NCBI GenBank assembly: GCA_020137815.1
Contig: CM035358.1
Span: 3,782,001-3,846,000, forward strand
DNA length: 64,000 bases
Source of the DNA: Hormiphora californensis
Lineage: Eukaryota > Animalia > Ctenophora
Direction of reading: 5' to 3'
Position numbers and translations under genes: made by a program. The notes under the pieces were generated by a model. The model made no database searches. It worked only from the letters and a program-made list of their open reading frames with translations, and had not been told where the DNA came from. Below are positions 20,633 to 63,388 of this stretch, in pieces (position 1 is the stretch's first letter; each line of letters starts with the position of its first letter).

Positions 20633-23600
20633 ATAAAGCTGAATAAAGCTGAATAAAGCTGAATAAAGCTATGAAAGAAACATCCAATCTCAAACAGGAT
20701 AAATTTCTATCGTGGAAGCTTGACTACGTGGCTGATGATCCAGCTGCTGTCAGTGGGTTATACAACAATCTGGGAAAAGACAAGATCCCACAGGAGCTTC
20801 CAAACGGAAGTTCTTCGAGTGAAACAGCAGAAAACTTTGGCACTTTCTTCAAATCGAAAATCGAGGATATCTACGAGACGATCAGAGTTGAAAACGACAA
20901 TCTGAACCATTGCCAGAACTACCACAAACTGACTACACTGGTGCCACATTTTCATCCTTCGTAAAGTAACTGAAGAGGAATCAGTGCTAAATTCAATCTA
21001 TGGAGAAAAAAGCACTGTGATCTCGATCCTATCCCTACCAGCAAACTCGTAGGTGTTCTCCCGAAGTTACTTCCTTTATCTCTGACATTGTCAACAAAAG
21101 CCTCACAAGAAGGTTAGTTCCTGAACAGCTGAAGCAATCACTGATTCGACCCTCGTTCAAGAAGAAAAGGAAGCCCGGAAGAACTAAATAAAACAGACGG
21201 TAATCCAACTTAGCTTTTATATCCAAGCTAATTGAAAAATGTGCGTCTATACAGCTTACGGAGCACCTTGAGACGAACGAACTGTTTCCAGGAGTTCAAT
21301 CGGCGTACCGGGAAACATCATAGCACCGAGGACACACCTGGTAAAAGTAGTGAATGATCTTCTTTCTAATACAGACACGAAGTCGAAGGCTGGTACTTGT
21401 GTATTGCTAGACCTCAGTGCTGCCTTCGACACGATTAACCATGAATTGTTACTTGGGAAACTGAGGGAGGAATTTATGGCGTTGATGGTACTTGCCTTGA
21501 ATGGTTTGCCTCCCTACCTCAAAGATAGGAAAGCTCTTTGAAAATTTTGATTGATACCTACATCCTTATTTCCCTTAGCCATCAACATCGGAGTTGCCAC
21601 AGGGCTCTTTATACTTGGACCACTGTGTTCATTCTGTACACAAAAGAGCTGGAAAGTATTGCTAGGCACTATGGATGATGGTGAGCTCTATGCTGACGAT
21701 ACTCAGTTGTTGATGTTTCTTTCAGCAACGATTCTCTCCTAGACTCGAGAAGAAACTGCAGGGTGCTTAAACCACATCAAAGCGTGGATGTATCCAAGAA
21801 CTTCCTCGACTCAACCCAGCCCCAAAACTGAATATGCCTGTTTTAAAACAAACATGATCAAACAGAAAACCCTGAAAGCCTTCAAACGATGAGCAACCAT
21901 GATCTACAAAGCACTTACACTAGTAGGAACCTTGGTGTATTCTGGACTCAGAGAGCTCTCCCTATTGGTCACGATCCAGAACCGTAAGGGACGTGTCAAC
22001 TAGCCCTTATGAATCTTGGAAAATCCACAGAATGTTGGGTGTTAATTGAAAAGTCAACTCCGTTACAGTTAATACACAGCAGACTGGAACTACTGTAACC
22101 AGCTCCTTGCTGGTTCTTCTGGCCAAGAAATAGGTCGATTACAGAAGATTCAAAAATCTGCAGCCGTTTCGTTCTTTGGACAACGCCTCTACCAAGGCAA
22201 CCACAAACCTCGCCAACAGCAACAGCTTCATTTTTCCTACCCGTTTCGAGAAAGGGTGCAGTACACAGTTGTGTCTACTGACATACAAAACACTGAATGG
22301 TATAGCCCCACCTACCTATCGAGAGATGATAACACTCCGTCACAACGAAGTTAAAAAGTCTACGAAGGGATGCTGACACAAAACCTACTGACAAGAACTA
22401 TGCCAGATATTGTTCGAGTAAAGGTGCGTTTAGTGTCGCTGCTCCGGGAAATATGGAATAGCTTACCTTCTTCTTTCGGGAAAGCTCATCCATCACATCA
22501 TTCAAATCCAACTGAAAACCCACTTCTTCCGAAAGGCATACGAGTGCTTAAAAAACAATGGTGAAGACAATTTATACTATGGAATTGTGGTAGGAAAGAT
22601 GAGAGAGAGTTGAGGATCCCGAATTAGAGTGTGATACCGCGAAAAGTTAGAGAACGACCAGTACTCTTTTCACTCACTCTTTCTAAACTGTCTTTTTACT
22701 AATTATATTTAATACTTTTCTTTTTATGTGAACGGATCTCCAGAACGCGGTAAAAAAAGAGCCTGGTTAAAAAATAAAAAAAAAAAAAAAGAAAAAGAAA
22801 GGTAAAGCAGAAAAGAGTCCAAAAAAAAAAGAAAAAAAAAAAAAGGAAACAAAAAAGGGGCAAAGAAAAAAGGGGGATATAAATTATAAATGACACCAAA
22901 GTGGGGGTATGGGGTGGAAGGGTTCCAGTGAGGTGTTTGCGCAGTGGAGCATGTTGGGCTTCACTTATAGAAGTGCAGCCCGTATGGTGTAGTGCAGTGG
23001 AGCGTGTTGGGCTTTACTTGATAGAAGTGCAGCCAGTTATGGTGTAGTGCAGTGGAGTGTGTTGGGGTTTACTTATAGAAGTACAGATCAGGTAGGGTGT
23101 GTGGTTTGCAGGGATGTGTGTTTTGGGCTTTTTTACTTATAGATCAGTACGTGTATGGGTTGTGGTGCAGGGAGGTGATGGGCTTTACTTATAGAAAGTA
23201 CAGACCAGTGTGGTGAAGATGAGGCAGCAAACGAGTGATGACGTCTCAGTCTGCGTCGCTGTGGCTCTCCTACAGGAAGTAGTCGGATCATCAGTCCTCA
23301 CCCAGGTGGTATAAGACAGTATCGCTTGTTTAAGGGCTAAAGCCTGGGCTAAAGTATTTATTTCGGATCACTAGATCCAAGAGCTATCTTATCAATCGCA
23401 GTAAGCAAGAGACAGTATTAATATTTCATCATCCGATTTAAATATCGTTTAACTAACAAGACCTCCTTCAGAAAATATCATCTTGTAAAAACATCTGGAA
23501 ATCCTTGGTATAGAATAACCGCTTTTGAAACGAGAGTTAGTGAGACGAAGTCCGCACCAAGGTGATGCAAGTAGTCAAGACCTAACAGAACTCGTGTTGT

Positions 23601-23660
23601 CTTTATAATATGAACAATGAAAAGCGGACAATAAATGTATATTTGTATTTGTATTTGTAT
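20633..23660 (+). mobile_element. 5'-truncated CR1/L2-group LINE with a frameshifted reverse transcriptase
   Basis: RT motifs SNLAFISKLIEK, QSAYR, VLLDLSAAFDTINHELLL and YADDTQL. (ATTTGT)n 3' tail at ~23640-23660; short AAATA duplication at both junctions. Confidence 0.9.
22935..23212 (+). repeat. Degenerate ~58-bp tandem repeat (about 5 units) in the LINE 3' region
   Basis: Recurring GTGTAGTGCAGTGGAG...TTGGGCTTTACTTATAGAAGT. Confidence 0.75.
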
Positions 23661-24734
23661 AAATAGAAATTTTTTGAAATGGAGCTCAATTTTTTGTCTG
23701 AGACTATATTTACTTTTTTTTGACTTGAGGCCATATTTGGACATGTTCCTATGGACCGTTAAGGCTAAAAATTGGATATTTGGTGCTCCTAACAATGTCA
23801 AAGTGCCACAAATTTTCAGGAGGTCCGAATTTGAATGTGGCCTACCGCTTTTTTCGTAAAGACATATTTTAGGGAAACTTAAATGGCTATATCTCAAAAA
23901 CGGTAGGTCCTAGCGATCTAATTTTGTGCATAAAAATCGATGCAGCGGGTCCGATGTTTGGGGGGGTCTTCTCTTAGACATTTTGCTCTAAGTTCTTTAC
24001 CGTTTTTTCAGAAACGTATTTTAAGGTTTGTACATGTTTAGCAGAAGAAATGCTTAGCTAGAGCTAATCTTACCTATTTCTGCTAAAAATGTTCAAACCT
24101 TAAAATAGATTTCTGAAAAAACGGAAGACTTAGAGCAAAATGTCTAAGAGAGACCCCCCCAAAATCGGACCCGCTGAATCATTTAGCACGAAATTAGATC
24201 GCAGGACCTACCGTTTGAGAGATTAGCCATTTTAAGTTTTCCTAAAATATGTGCTTTACAAAAAGAAACCTGTAGCACATTTCAAATTCGGACCTCCTGA
24301 AAATTGTGGCTACTTTGACAATGTGTAGGAGCACAAAATATCCAAATTTTAGCCTAACGGTCCATAGGAAACATGTCCAAATATGGCCTCAAAGTCAAAA
24401 AAAGTAAAATAGTCCAGACAAAAAAATTGAGCTACATTCAAAAAATTTCTATTGAGCTATACACCTTGGTATCCTCTATGAATCCCTAAATTTTCAGCTT
24501 CTAGCCCTAAAAATAAAATTTAGGGACCTTAAAAACCTGTTTTTAGGGTCAAACTTTGAGGGGCTGTAGCAAAAATATGAATTCGAGTAAGGGCTAAAAT
24601 TGCATTATTGAGGTCGGCTTGGTATGCCCTACAACCCCATATGGAGAGCTAAGCGGGCACTCGACAAAAATTTTGGCGAGGTGTACCCTTAAATGATGAT
24701 CCATGGAAGATTAGGGCTTGGTTTATCCTAGTCT

Positions 24735-25030
24735 AATAGTGAACCATAATAATGTTCAAGAGCCTCCAATAGCGAACCACATCCAGAAGAGACCATATCC
24801 AAGAGCGAACCTCGACCCAGAAGAGACCATAATCAAGAGCGCACCAAATCCAAGAGAGCTCCCCATCCAGAAGATACCAAGCGCAGGGGATACCACACGC
24901 AGAAGATGTTCGCGGCGTGGTATTTGCACGCACGACCTCTTCTGTGCGTGGTATCCCTTGCGTGCTCTCCTGGTCCAGGGTCCTGTTGTGCTCTTGGCGG
25001 CTCTTGAACTTTATTATGGTTCACTATTAC
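24735..25030. repeat. Small element with nested inverted repeats
   Basis: AATAGTGAACCATAATAATGTTCAAGAGCC / GGCTCTTGAACTTTATTATGGTTCACTATT, with an inner GGGATACCACACGCAGAAGA / TCTTCTGTGCGTGGTATCCC pair. Confidence 0.65.
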
Positions 25031-25360
25031 TTTGCTGTTTAATATCGGCATGCTGTGCGGCTTAAACAGTGCCTTTTTTACCCTAAATCTAAAGTATGTA
25101 TGTGAACTTATACTGTTTACGATGCCATAGCTTGATCATATTATATGCTGCTCTTCTAATTTCTCTCAGATCCATGGTTTCGTTTCAAATCCAGTTGATT
25201 TTAGTTTCAGAGGAGCCCAAAAAGCAATGTGCTCAATTAAGTTGAAACAAAATCTCGTTAGAAACCCAACCCAATCAGAGATCCTATGTAAAAGAACTCC
25301 AGGGAAGTTCTAACTAGATAACGCTGATTGAAAATTGAAATCCTTGATACTCTTGTAGCA

Positions 25361-34139
<8,779 letters not shown>

Positions 34140-36569
34140 CCACTCAGTATCTACTGTGCTGTGGTTGAGGCACGGGCCAAGTAACCACTCAGTATCTACC
34201 TATCTGGTGGATAGAACTGCACTCTCAAAGGACGGAGAGAGTGCTCCAGATGTGATCCCCTTTACCCGTATAACACCAAGAGGGACCCCGCCCACCCCTG
34301 ATTCCATCCCTTTAGACTGCATGTGACGGGTTTTAGACTTTTAGAGTGTTTAGACTCTTTCTCTCTTCAAATAATATAGTGTTAAGATTTTGTATATACA
34401 CTTTATCATTGTGTCTCATATGATATGTTGAATATAATCCATCTCTCTCTAATCCCTTCTTTTTCTAGTAATTTAAGTGAGGTCTTGAGGAAAATTCTTT
34501 AAGTGTAAGCGTTTCAGCTTTGATTTAGCACGTGTTGTATTAAAGATATGAGAAGTTTTGATTGAAGTGATTTATTGGTGAAAATGTATCGTTTGCGTGT
34601 TATCTTTCTCTTCTTGTTGGGATATAAGGTGATGTTTTTTTGAGTAAAATATCGCTACAAAGTATAACTTATGTGTCTTTCGTGATATAACGAGTGTGTG
34701 TTTTTCAAACGGATATATGACGAATAGTGTTTCTGTTGCCGGGTGTGTGTGTCTCACTCTGTAGTGTTTCTGTATACCCTATCAAGGTTCCCAACTCCCT
34801 CACCTTTCCACTACTTTAATGGCCTGCTCTAAAGCGTTATTTACAGACGATTTTTTCTTATTTCAAGATTTTGTGTTTCAGTTTGTCCATCTCGGATCGG
34901 CGGGAAAGAGGAGATCAAAACTTGATCTTGAAAACAGGAGTCGGTTCCATGCTTGCGCGTCTTCCGAATGCTAAATTGATGCACTTTCACTTGCCTAAGA
35001 GCAGCGCGCGCAACAAACAACATTATTCGCAACAGCAAGTTGCTTTTCCCAGGCTCACTTTTCCCACTCAAATAAAGCAGAGTACTGAGTAGCGTCAGTG
35101 AGCAGATTCCTTCCTACTATCGATTCATTCCAATTTCTATGCAGCCTTAACACGTGCTATTGGCTCTGTGTGAGTTGTGAATCGAATAGAAAGAGCACTT
35201 GTGAGATACCAGAGAAATCTAGAATTCCTTATCTTTCTTTACACTCGGAGAAACGCCGGCAGACACTCGTATATCGAGACGACACCAGATTCAATTTCAA
35301 CCAGCTCCAAATGCTTGTACTTCGATATAACAAGGCCGGGGATAGATAAGGAGAGAAAAGTGTGCTTTTCATGCATTTTCAACCCACCATTGTTTTCCAA
35401 ACAAACGAACCCAAAAAGGTTTGGGCACGTCACTACCAACAGAAAGGTAGAACCTTTTTCACCCAATCCTTGCTTGTTGATGGGGATCACATTAGCAAGC
35501 AAGATGATGGGGATGGTATTATATCACAACCTGTACAGGGGGGGGGTACACCTAGCACTTGTTTGGGCATGCCCCATGTGGCTTTACGGAGGTACAGATC
35601 CCGAATTCGGTAGTTTTTCACATTCTCCACCGCAGCAATGAAAACACCCCTTTCATCAAAGTACACACATTCATAGTGCCGTGTGTCTCAACAAGTTTTA
35701 CAAGACGTTTCACAGGCTGTCTCTCCCTGTGTTTACAAGAAGCAAGACGTTTCACAGCTGCTGTTTCTCCAGCTGTGTTGTGAAGGGTGAAGACACAAGT
35801 GGGTGTCGATTGGCTGCTGACAAACCAACACAGAGAGCATGTGTTGACGAGTTGTTTACTTGGGATAGAACAAGGTAAAAACGCAGTTTATAACCAGCAA
35901 AATGTAATTAAAAATCAAAGTTGTCCCAATTCCCCCCAATTATCGGGGGGTAATGGGTTATGGGGTTTTATAAAACAATTATATATCGTGTGTCATTATA
36001 CATAACGGGGACCCGCGGCAATACTGACGAATTTCTGTACAAACTTGTTAATTGCACCCTGCACAGTTTTAAATAAACTTTTTTTTGTCAGTTGTGCTAT
36101 AAATCAAGGGTGCCGCGGGTATTCTTTTTTTAACGCTCTATAATCAACTGTTATTTCTCTCTCTATTTTCTCTCTGTCTCATTCCAACTCTCTCTTTTCT
36201 TGATAAAAAGTGATTGTAATTAACGTATAACAGATTTTCATGCAAATAATTTACTATTTTCGGGTCTCTGTCTCTCCTTGCCCCATCACGGTTTAACCTC
36301 CCCACCTTCATATTTGAAAAATAAATATACACAAAAAGTAAAAAACAATCAAAAATCACACACTTCATGCACTTGTGTTACAAAATGAATTGTCATTTGC
36401 TACACACAACAAAGTGTCACAGAGCTCACGTCGTTTACCTAAAAAACAGCTTGTGATTTAGCTCCCAACTAAATCAGTAGTCCCAGCCCCTGCTCATTTC
36501 ACAGTTTCTGTGCCCCTAAATTACTCAGATTGTCACAGTTTCTGTGTCTCCCTAGAGCTCCCCTAAGTT

Positions 36570-56381
<19,812 letters not shown>

Positions 56382-56397
56382 CTCTAGATAATATGAG

Positions 56398-56540
56398 TAA
56401 CAACATGGTAACCATAGTAACAAAATGGTAACCATGGTAACAACAAGGTAACCATGGTAACAACATGGTAACCATGGTAACAACGAGGTAACCATGGTAA
56501 CAACATGGTAACCATGGTAACAACGAGGTAACAACAAGGT
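56398..56540. repeat. GGTAACCATGGTAACAAC-type minisatellite upstream of the RTK signal exon
   Basis: Tandem 9/27-nt units. A related unit encodes GNHGNHG in the GPCR tail (~14015-14143). Confidence 0.85.
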
Positions 56541-59534
56541 AATAAACCATATTATTTGATACTAGGCCCCGTATCATATATGGTACTTTTCAAGGCCCTG
56601 TATATGTAATGTGCATGTGTTTAGGGACGTTGAGGGGGGTCACGGAAGCTTTTGACAGACAGAGGGTGAGATGTGTGTAGACCCCCATCTCACACTTTTA
56701 TAATTCTCTTTACAGGACAGAGGCAACAAGACAAGAAGGCAACGAGTTCAAAAAATAAAGAAAATGGAGGCAACAAGTTCAAAAAAAAGAAAAAAGGAGA
56801 CAAGAATTCCAAAAAGAGGCGACGTGTTCTGCAAAACAGGGCGACACACAAATTAGAAAAGGAGATGACCGTTATGAGACATAATATGGACAGGGGGAGA
56901 GGGAGAGAGAGAGAGAGAGAAAGAGGGAACAAGACAGAGAGAACCCAAAAATCTAGAAGAGATAAGAAGGGATAGCAATCCGATACCCAGAATAATTTTC
57001 TCGTCACATTGGCGACTGTGAAAAGTTGACAACCCTCAGGCTAGAGAACTGTTACAGTCACATGGAAAGATGGGTCTCTCTTAACAAGAGGTACCACTGT
57101 TTTGGCACTCATGTCGACCCCTCGTCTCTCTTAACAAGGGGCACTACAACAGTAACTGCACTGTGTTTTGGCGCCCTTCTTGTCGGCCAAGATCAATAAG
57201 AGGAGTTGGTAAACGCTGTCAGTTGTAAATTCTGTAAAAAAAGGGGAAATAAGTATCAAGGTTGCCGGTTGGGTGAGGGGCTGTCACAGCAAAGTATCGA
57301 AAGATTGGATCACAGAATAATAATTCTAATATATTCCCAATACATAAAATGATTAAACGGCGCCCTCTCTCTGTTCCTACCCTCTTCCTGTCTCAGAGGT
57401 CCTGTCTTTCAACAGATATCTGCATATTATATGTATCATCGGGGGTATGATCTCTCAACGACTTCCAAACAACCAATCACATCGCTGGAAGCATGTCACG
57501 TGATCGCCATGAACCAATCAGGAAGCAGCTTGGTGTGCATAGTATGTCGGGACGGGTTGTAACTACAGGACTTGGCCGTGATCACTCTCAAAACACATAC
57601 AATTCAACTCAAAATCGTCGCAGCATACATAACACCGTTGTTAGCGACGAAGGTTGTCTCATACACTACATGGCACGGTCGCGAGATAGAATATTTACCA
57701 AGCCTGATAGAAGAGCTACAGAATGATAAATAAACTAGAAAAAAACTAGAAAAAAAGAAGAGTTATTACAATAGCTGGGAGAGGAGGGGAAGTAATAAAA
57801 AGGAAGGGGCTGAGTGTATGTACCGTAATGGAAATGTGACTGGTATGCAAGGATTCACCGCTAGCCTTAAAAGCTTTCTTGCTATAATAAGAGAGGGGCT
57901 CTCTCTCTTTCTCTACCTCTCTCTCTCCTTCTCTCTCTCTTCTCTCTCTCTCTCTCACCGACTCTCTCTTCCTCTTGTCTCCTAATTGGTCCAATCTTTC
58001 CGACAAATCTAAGTAAAAAGAAGCTCTCGTCAAAGTATAAAAGTGGTGCTGAGAGGGGTTCGGGACGAGGGCCCCTCTTCTACTAAGATGAAACTGCTGC
58101 AGGCGTGGTAGTAAACAAGACGAAATTGGATTTTAATTCAAAGTTAATTCTATACACGGGCCTGAAGAGCTTACTACTACTGGGAACGCTACACAAATTA
58201 GGGAGAGAGATGGGGAGAGAGAGAGAGAGGGAGAGAGAAAGAGAGAGAGAGACGAGAGAGAGAAGAGAGAGAGAGAGAGATTGAGATGAGAGAGAGAGAG
58301 ACGAGAGAGAGAGGGGGGGGGGGGGGGGGGGGGGGGAAAAAGAGATGGAGAGAGAGAGAGTGAGAGGAGAGAGGAGAGAGAAAGAAGAACAAGAGAGCAG
58401 AGAGAGAGAGATGAGGAGAGAGCGAGAGAGCGGAGAGAGATGAGAGCGAGGAGAGAGAGAGAGAGAGAACTAGACTTGCGGGCACCTAACAACAAAACTT
58501 CCAATCATCGGACCAATTATCGGATTAACCACTGAGAAAAGAGAGAGTGAATGGCTGAAAGAGGGGGAGAGAGGGGAGGGTGGAACCTAGGGGTGTAGCG
58601 TTGCACTGTCTATACGTCTCACACATATGGCGCAAAAAAACTAATTGATTGGCTCCGAGCACAAAAAAAGGGTTGAATATATCTTATAAACCTTGTAAAC
58701 CGCAATATTCCCCGACAAACCCAAGGGCCCACCAAGGGGTGTAACTGGGTATCTTAGATTGCAAAATTACAAAGGTTCAGAAGGTCCTACTCAAGACACG
58801 AAAATGCAAGAAGAACACACCAGGTTGGAATGTAATTTCTGATATATGCCACCCTCTCTCTCTCAGAATTATAGGGTGTGGACAAATGAGGGTAGGTCAC
58901 ACAACATGTTAGGGGGGTCACAAACACACAAAGTCGTTACAATGTTGCAGAGGGAGAGAGGTGACGTAACATATATCCCAAAATGGCGGTGAAGAGATCA
59001 TTGATTGAGCTGGACACCTGTGTGGCAAGATTGTAACTCGATCTCTTAAGTGATCAGAGTGGGAGAGGGGGCCATTACCAAACAAAGAAGAAGGTTGTTG
59101 GTGAAAAACGCTAGAAATTATATGCTCCTGCAAGTGGGTGCGTTTAAACTTTTCTACGGCTTATCCACAGCACAGTAAATATACGCCCACCGAGGGTAAG
59201 AGAAAGAGAGAGAAAGGGATAAAGAGAGGGGAGAGCGAGAGAGAGGGAGAATTACTTTACGTTAGGATCCAGCACAAGAGAAATTATAAAAATTCGGCGG
59301 CGCCAGAAGTGAGACGGTGCACTGGGCCTATTGTAGCAGGAGGGATAGAGAGAAAAAAGATAGAGAAGGAGAGAGGGAGAGAGAGAGAGAAGGAGAGAGG
59401 CTGAGAGAGAGAAAGAAAGGAAGGGCTCATTAGGCAACGCTTCCTTTTCAGAAACATGCTAAATCAGTTTCTACTATCCAGTGATCAGCTTATAAATAAA
59501 CGACTTGGAGAATGACAGACTGAGTGGTGAGAGA

Positions 59535-59620
<86 letters not shown>

Positions 59621-60885
59621 GAGAGAGATAGAGAGACACACAGTGTGGATTAGGAAACACGTTGTATGGATTTGGAGGGTGACATAATGAACATTGATTC
59701 ATCTGTGGAATGCAGTGCTAGGACCCTACTAGCACACTACAGACGCTGTGGAACTCAAAGAAAGAAATAAAAGGGGGGTGGTCTTGGAGAAGTAGAGACT
59801 CGTGTTTGTACCCCTCTGAGGCTCTGAGTTGAGAGGAATATATCTAGAAAATCAATGTGATTCATATAACTCAGATACAGAAGACAGGTAGATACATGAC
59901 GCTAATATCTGTCATATATATCACTAAAACGGCGGCGGAGATACGAAAAAAGAAGCCGAAATTAAAGTAGTGCATTCCATGATATATGACGAGAAAAGGG
60001 ATGGAGCTGCTCTCTTTAAAAGGCCACCGTAAACAACAAGAGCACGGGTGGTGGCGCCGAAAAAAGAGTTGAGGTGGGATCTGGGGGTAACATGATACAA
60101 CTATAACTAACGACACGAGATCTCACAACCACCAACCTCTTCTTTCTATATTTTCCTCTCTTTTGCCCTCTATATATCTCTCTATCATCCTTTTTTCTCT
60201 CTCTGCATCTCTTTCACAAGTAATTTTATTTCTCTCACTCTCTTGTTTAGACGTATCTCCCTCTCTCGTACTCCATTTATTTAATATCTAATTAGTATTT
60301 CTCACGTTCTCTAAGGACATCAAAAGGTAATGAAAAGTATGTTAAAAAGGGGAACGGGAGACCCCTAAAAATACTACACCATGAGAGACGTGAGGTTCAA
60401 AGGGATTTAGCTGAGCCCCCTTCGACTAAGATAAACCAAACAACCCGTGATATAAATCTATTGCCTTTGAAACTTGACTCTCTCTCACGGCTGCTGCAAA
60501 GCTACTACCCACCCTCCTGCTACTCAAGTCTGGTGATAAGAAATGTCAGAGAGAGGGGATGTTCCTTGCAATATCAGAAACCTCAAAATCACCCCTCAGA
60601 AAGGATGGGCAGACGCTCCCGGATATATGAATTAGGTCACAGGAATTATAAACATTATCAGGGATCTGCAACTACTGAATTAGCTACAACTACCGATCTT
60701 GGGAGGCTTTCTTCCATAGCTGTCAACAGATGCAGTTGTGCCGAGCTGAACAATCTCCTCGATGTATCTTCCACATTTCGTCAGTTATTGTCAGTTAGTG
60801 TTCAGACAGGGAAAACAGAAGGATTTGACGTTGCTGAGACAGCGATAGATAGAGGGGAAGGGAGGAAGAGGAGCAGTAGACTTAC

Positions 60886-60949
60886 CCGCGTGGACATCGC
60901 TGAGGAGGTTTAGCAGCGAAACCAATCCGAGAATCCGTATCCAATCCAT
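60886..60949 (-). CDS. Candidate alternative signal-peptide first exon of the RTK
   Basis: MDWIRILGLVSLLNLLSDVHA followed by a G|GTAAGT phase-1 donor, compatible with the phase-1 RTK exon starting at ~56080. Confidence 0.55.
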
Positions 60950-61987
60950 TACAAAACGGTTTATCGAGACATAACAAAATTCTGACTGGAAAATATATTT
61001 TTGTGATGAAATAGCATGTCCAGAGACAGCTGGGGGATTATACCGTAGATGCACTGTGACGTTTTGTGTTGACATAAAAGTGAAAATTCTGAAACACTTT
61101 TTTAGGAAAGTACGATATCTCTGGGGATGTGCAAGGGAGGCGTCAGATACATTTGCGGTTTGTCGACAGGCCTAAGCGCAAAATAAAATTTCATACGATC
61201 ATCTAACAATGGGACTAAAACAAAAGCAATCAAACAAAGTGACAACTGTCGGGCGCCGTTACGATCTGGGTGTTTGGTGGCCTGTTTACTGCAGGTGCGC
61301 ACTTCCAAAAAAGTTGAGTCACTGAAATGGCTGTAACCACCAAACCACTCCACCCTTTTGGCTAATTCAAAGTTTATCTGCTAGGAAATGTCAAGGCTTA
61401 ACCTTGGTAACAGCGCTTTTCAAGAGTTTTGAGATTTTTGGATTCGCGGTTTTGAAATTTTAATTTTTTTGACAAAACTCTTCGACGCGAAACTTTTTAA
61501 AACTTGGATCTTCATAATGCGAGGCATTTTTACTATTTTATTTGGAACGCGCGAATTTTAAAAGAAAAACAAACTGCGCGGCTTTTATGTTTAATGGAAA
61601 AAGCAAAATTTCAGGCAAAATTTCAGGCAAACTTTTCCAAAAATTTTTAACGTGGTTTTCTGATTTCGTCTTCGCCCGCGCCCTCGCCATACTTGCGTAG
61701 GTCCTAGTGTACTCTCGTTGAAGCCGGATTCTTAATAGGATACAAATAAAAATGCAAACTGAAAATTAGATGTGTATGTTCCACTTAATTGGTCAACCTG
61801 CGTCCTGCAACTGCCGGGAACCTGTAGCCAACTACCGTAATATGAACTATGACCTCACCTGCTAAGTGCTAGCACTAGTGATTCACTTTGAAATAAACTT
61901 GAAACAAATGTTTACGAAAATATAATTTGCAGCGAAGAATCAATTACAAATCAATAATATCACATTTAAACACACACAGAAACTTGT

Positions 61988-63388
61988 TTAATTTATTGCT
62001 CGATCTTTTGTCTCTACTTGAAGAAAGAATGATAACAATGCAGCTGCCGACGACAGCACTGCTAGTCCTAGAATGATGAACCAGAAATAGTCCATACTGA
62101 GGGTGATGGCTGGGATAACTACAAACAACGATGCTATTCGCCCGAAAGAGAAAAAGCATGATAAGAATAGTCCCCTAATACTGGTGTCATAGTATTCGCT
62201 AAGGTAGATTAGAATCACGATAAATACCCCGGCGTTCATGAACCTTACCAAGAACAGGTCCACCATAACTTTTAATCGTCCCCCACAAATCAGCAGTGAA
62301 ATGATACACAGAGTCTCCCCTACTGACCCGATCCTGAGAGAGAGGAGACGGGAAACTAAGGCAGCAATAATAGTAAACACTAGGTTTCCTATTATCTCCC
62401 CTATAGTACTGACACTCAGAGCTAACAGTGCCTCCCCAGAGTAGGTGTGACACTTTTCCGTTTTTGTGACATTAGTTTCGTGACAATATCCCTCGTTAAA
62501 CATCCTAGGTGCACCCCACGCACTGAATGCCCAGACCATGAACGCTAAACATGTGGTAATAAGGAGTGCTACAGAGTCAAATACAAATGCCTTATCACGG
62601 GGTATAGCACTCAGTTCCAGTTCCTGTGGATTTCCAACATCATGTTTTGTCAGCTCGCCCTCAGGTAAATCTCTCCCATTCCTCTCACTGATCACATCCA
62701 GGGATTTCCGGCCGTCTTCAAGTCTGTCACATGCCACCTCATAAAACGGGCTCTCCGGCTGGAAGATGAAAGTTACAGCGGTGATTAAAGCAGGGATAGA
62801 TAGGATCACTAGCACAACTCTCCAGCCAAGTGTTTCTAGGGTGTAGTAACACAGTATAGCACTGATGAAGGAACCGATAGCCCACGCTAGGAATTGATTT
62901 CCAATGTTCCAGGCTCTTGTTGCTGTGTCTGTTGTTTCTGTTGCATACACCGACACAATACACGACATCGTCTCAAAGGCACCCGTTGCTAGAAACCTTA
63001 AAGCTATGAAAGACCACACATTTCCTGCACCGGCCGAGAGAAGAGCGAAGATTCCTCCCATCGCCAGAATTACGATTGCGGGAGTCTTCCGGCCTAATCG
63101 TGTGGTAACATAAGAGCCAATAAAACCTCCGATGATGGCAGCGAATATTGTTGAAATTGGAAGGAGTATCATAACGGTGTCAGTCAGATTCCACTCACAC
63201 CTCAGTTTTGGTAGAATGATACCCATAACCATGATCTCAACCCCCTCAACAAACTGAGCGGCACCGGTTGAAAGGACTATGAAGCCGTTACCCCAACCAA
63301 ATCCCATGTGGTCCAGACCCTGTTGGACTGTGAAGGTTTTAATGGCGGGTGGTGTTGTTGTTGGTGATAGGGATCCATAGTTGGACAT
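61988..63388 (-). CDS. SVOP: SV2-related (SVOP-like) MFS transporter, intronless, 466 aa
   Basis: About 12 TM segments; FTVQQGLDHMGFG, motif A RLGRK, LGWR, PESP, SEYYDTSIRG and C-terminal VETKDR. Confidence 0.82.
   Translation of the reverse strand: MSNYGSLSPTTTPPAIKTFTVQQGLDHMGFGWGNGFIVLSTGAAQFVEGVEIMVMGIILPKLRCEWNLTDTVMILLPISTIFAAIIGGFIGSYVTTRLGRKTPAIVILAMGGIFALLSAGAGNVWSFIALRFLATGAFETMSCIVSVYATETTDTATRAWNIGNQFLAWAIGSFISAILCYYTLETLGWRVVLVILSIPALITAVTFIFQPESPFYEVACDRLEDGRKSLDVISERNGRDLPEGELTKHDVGNPQELELSAIPRDKAFVFDSVALLITTCLAFMVWAFSAWGAPRMFNEGYCHETNVTKTEKCHTYSGEALLALSVSTIGEIIGNLVFTIIAALVSRLLSLRIGSVGETLCIISLLICGGRLKVMVDLFLVRFMNAGVFIVILIYLSEYYDTSIRGLFLSCFFSFGRIASLFVVIPAITLSMDYFWFIILGLAVLSSAAALLSFFLQVETKDRAIN

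Larger units (their letters stand above)
20394..24688. mobile_element. Fold-back (Kolobok-like) non-autonomous DNA transposon, a ~1.3-kb palindrome interrupted by a LINE
   Basis: Ends are TTAA|GGGTACACC...GGTGTACCC|TTAA. 20394-20632 mirrors 24452-24688 and 23661-24055 mirrors 24065-24452. A TTAA TSD with purine termini fits Kolobok rather than piggyBac. Confidence 0.85.

Noticed and set aside
22935-23212. Spaced repeats resembling a CRISPR array (also 6966-7166 and 46815-46947)
   Set aside because: Units are contiguous degenerate tandem repeats without unique spacers, in eukaryotic DNA with no cas genes.
34840-35900. Cluster of short overlapping ORFs between ATF6 and the RTK 3' end
   Set aside because: No recognisable motif or consistent frame. 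It could be a decayed gene or element, but I cannot support a call.
60461-60913. 150-aa plus-strand ORF
   Set aside because: It starts at TTG, has no recognisable domain and overlaps a better-supported minus-strand signal exon.
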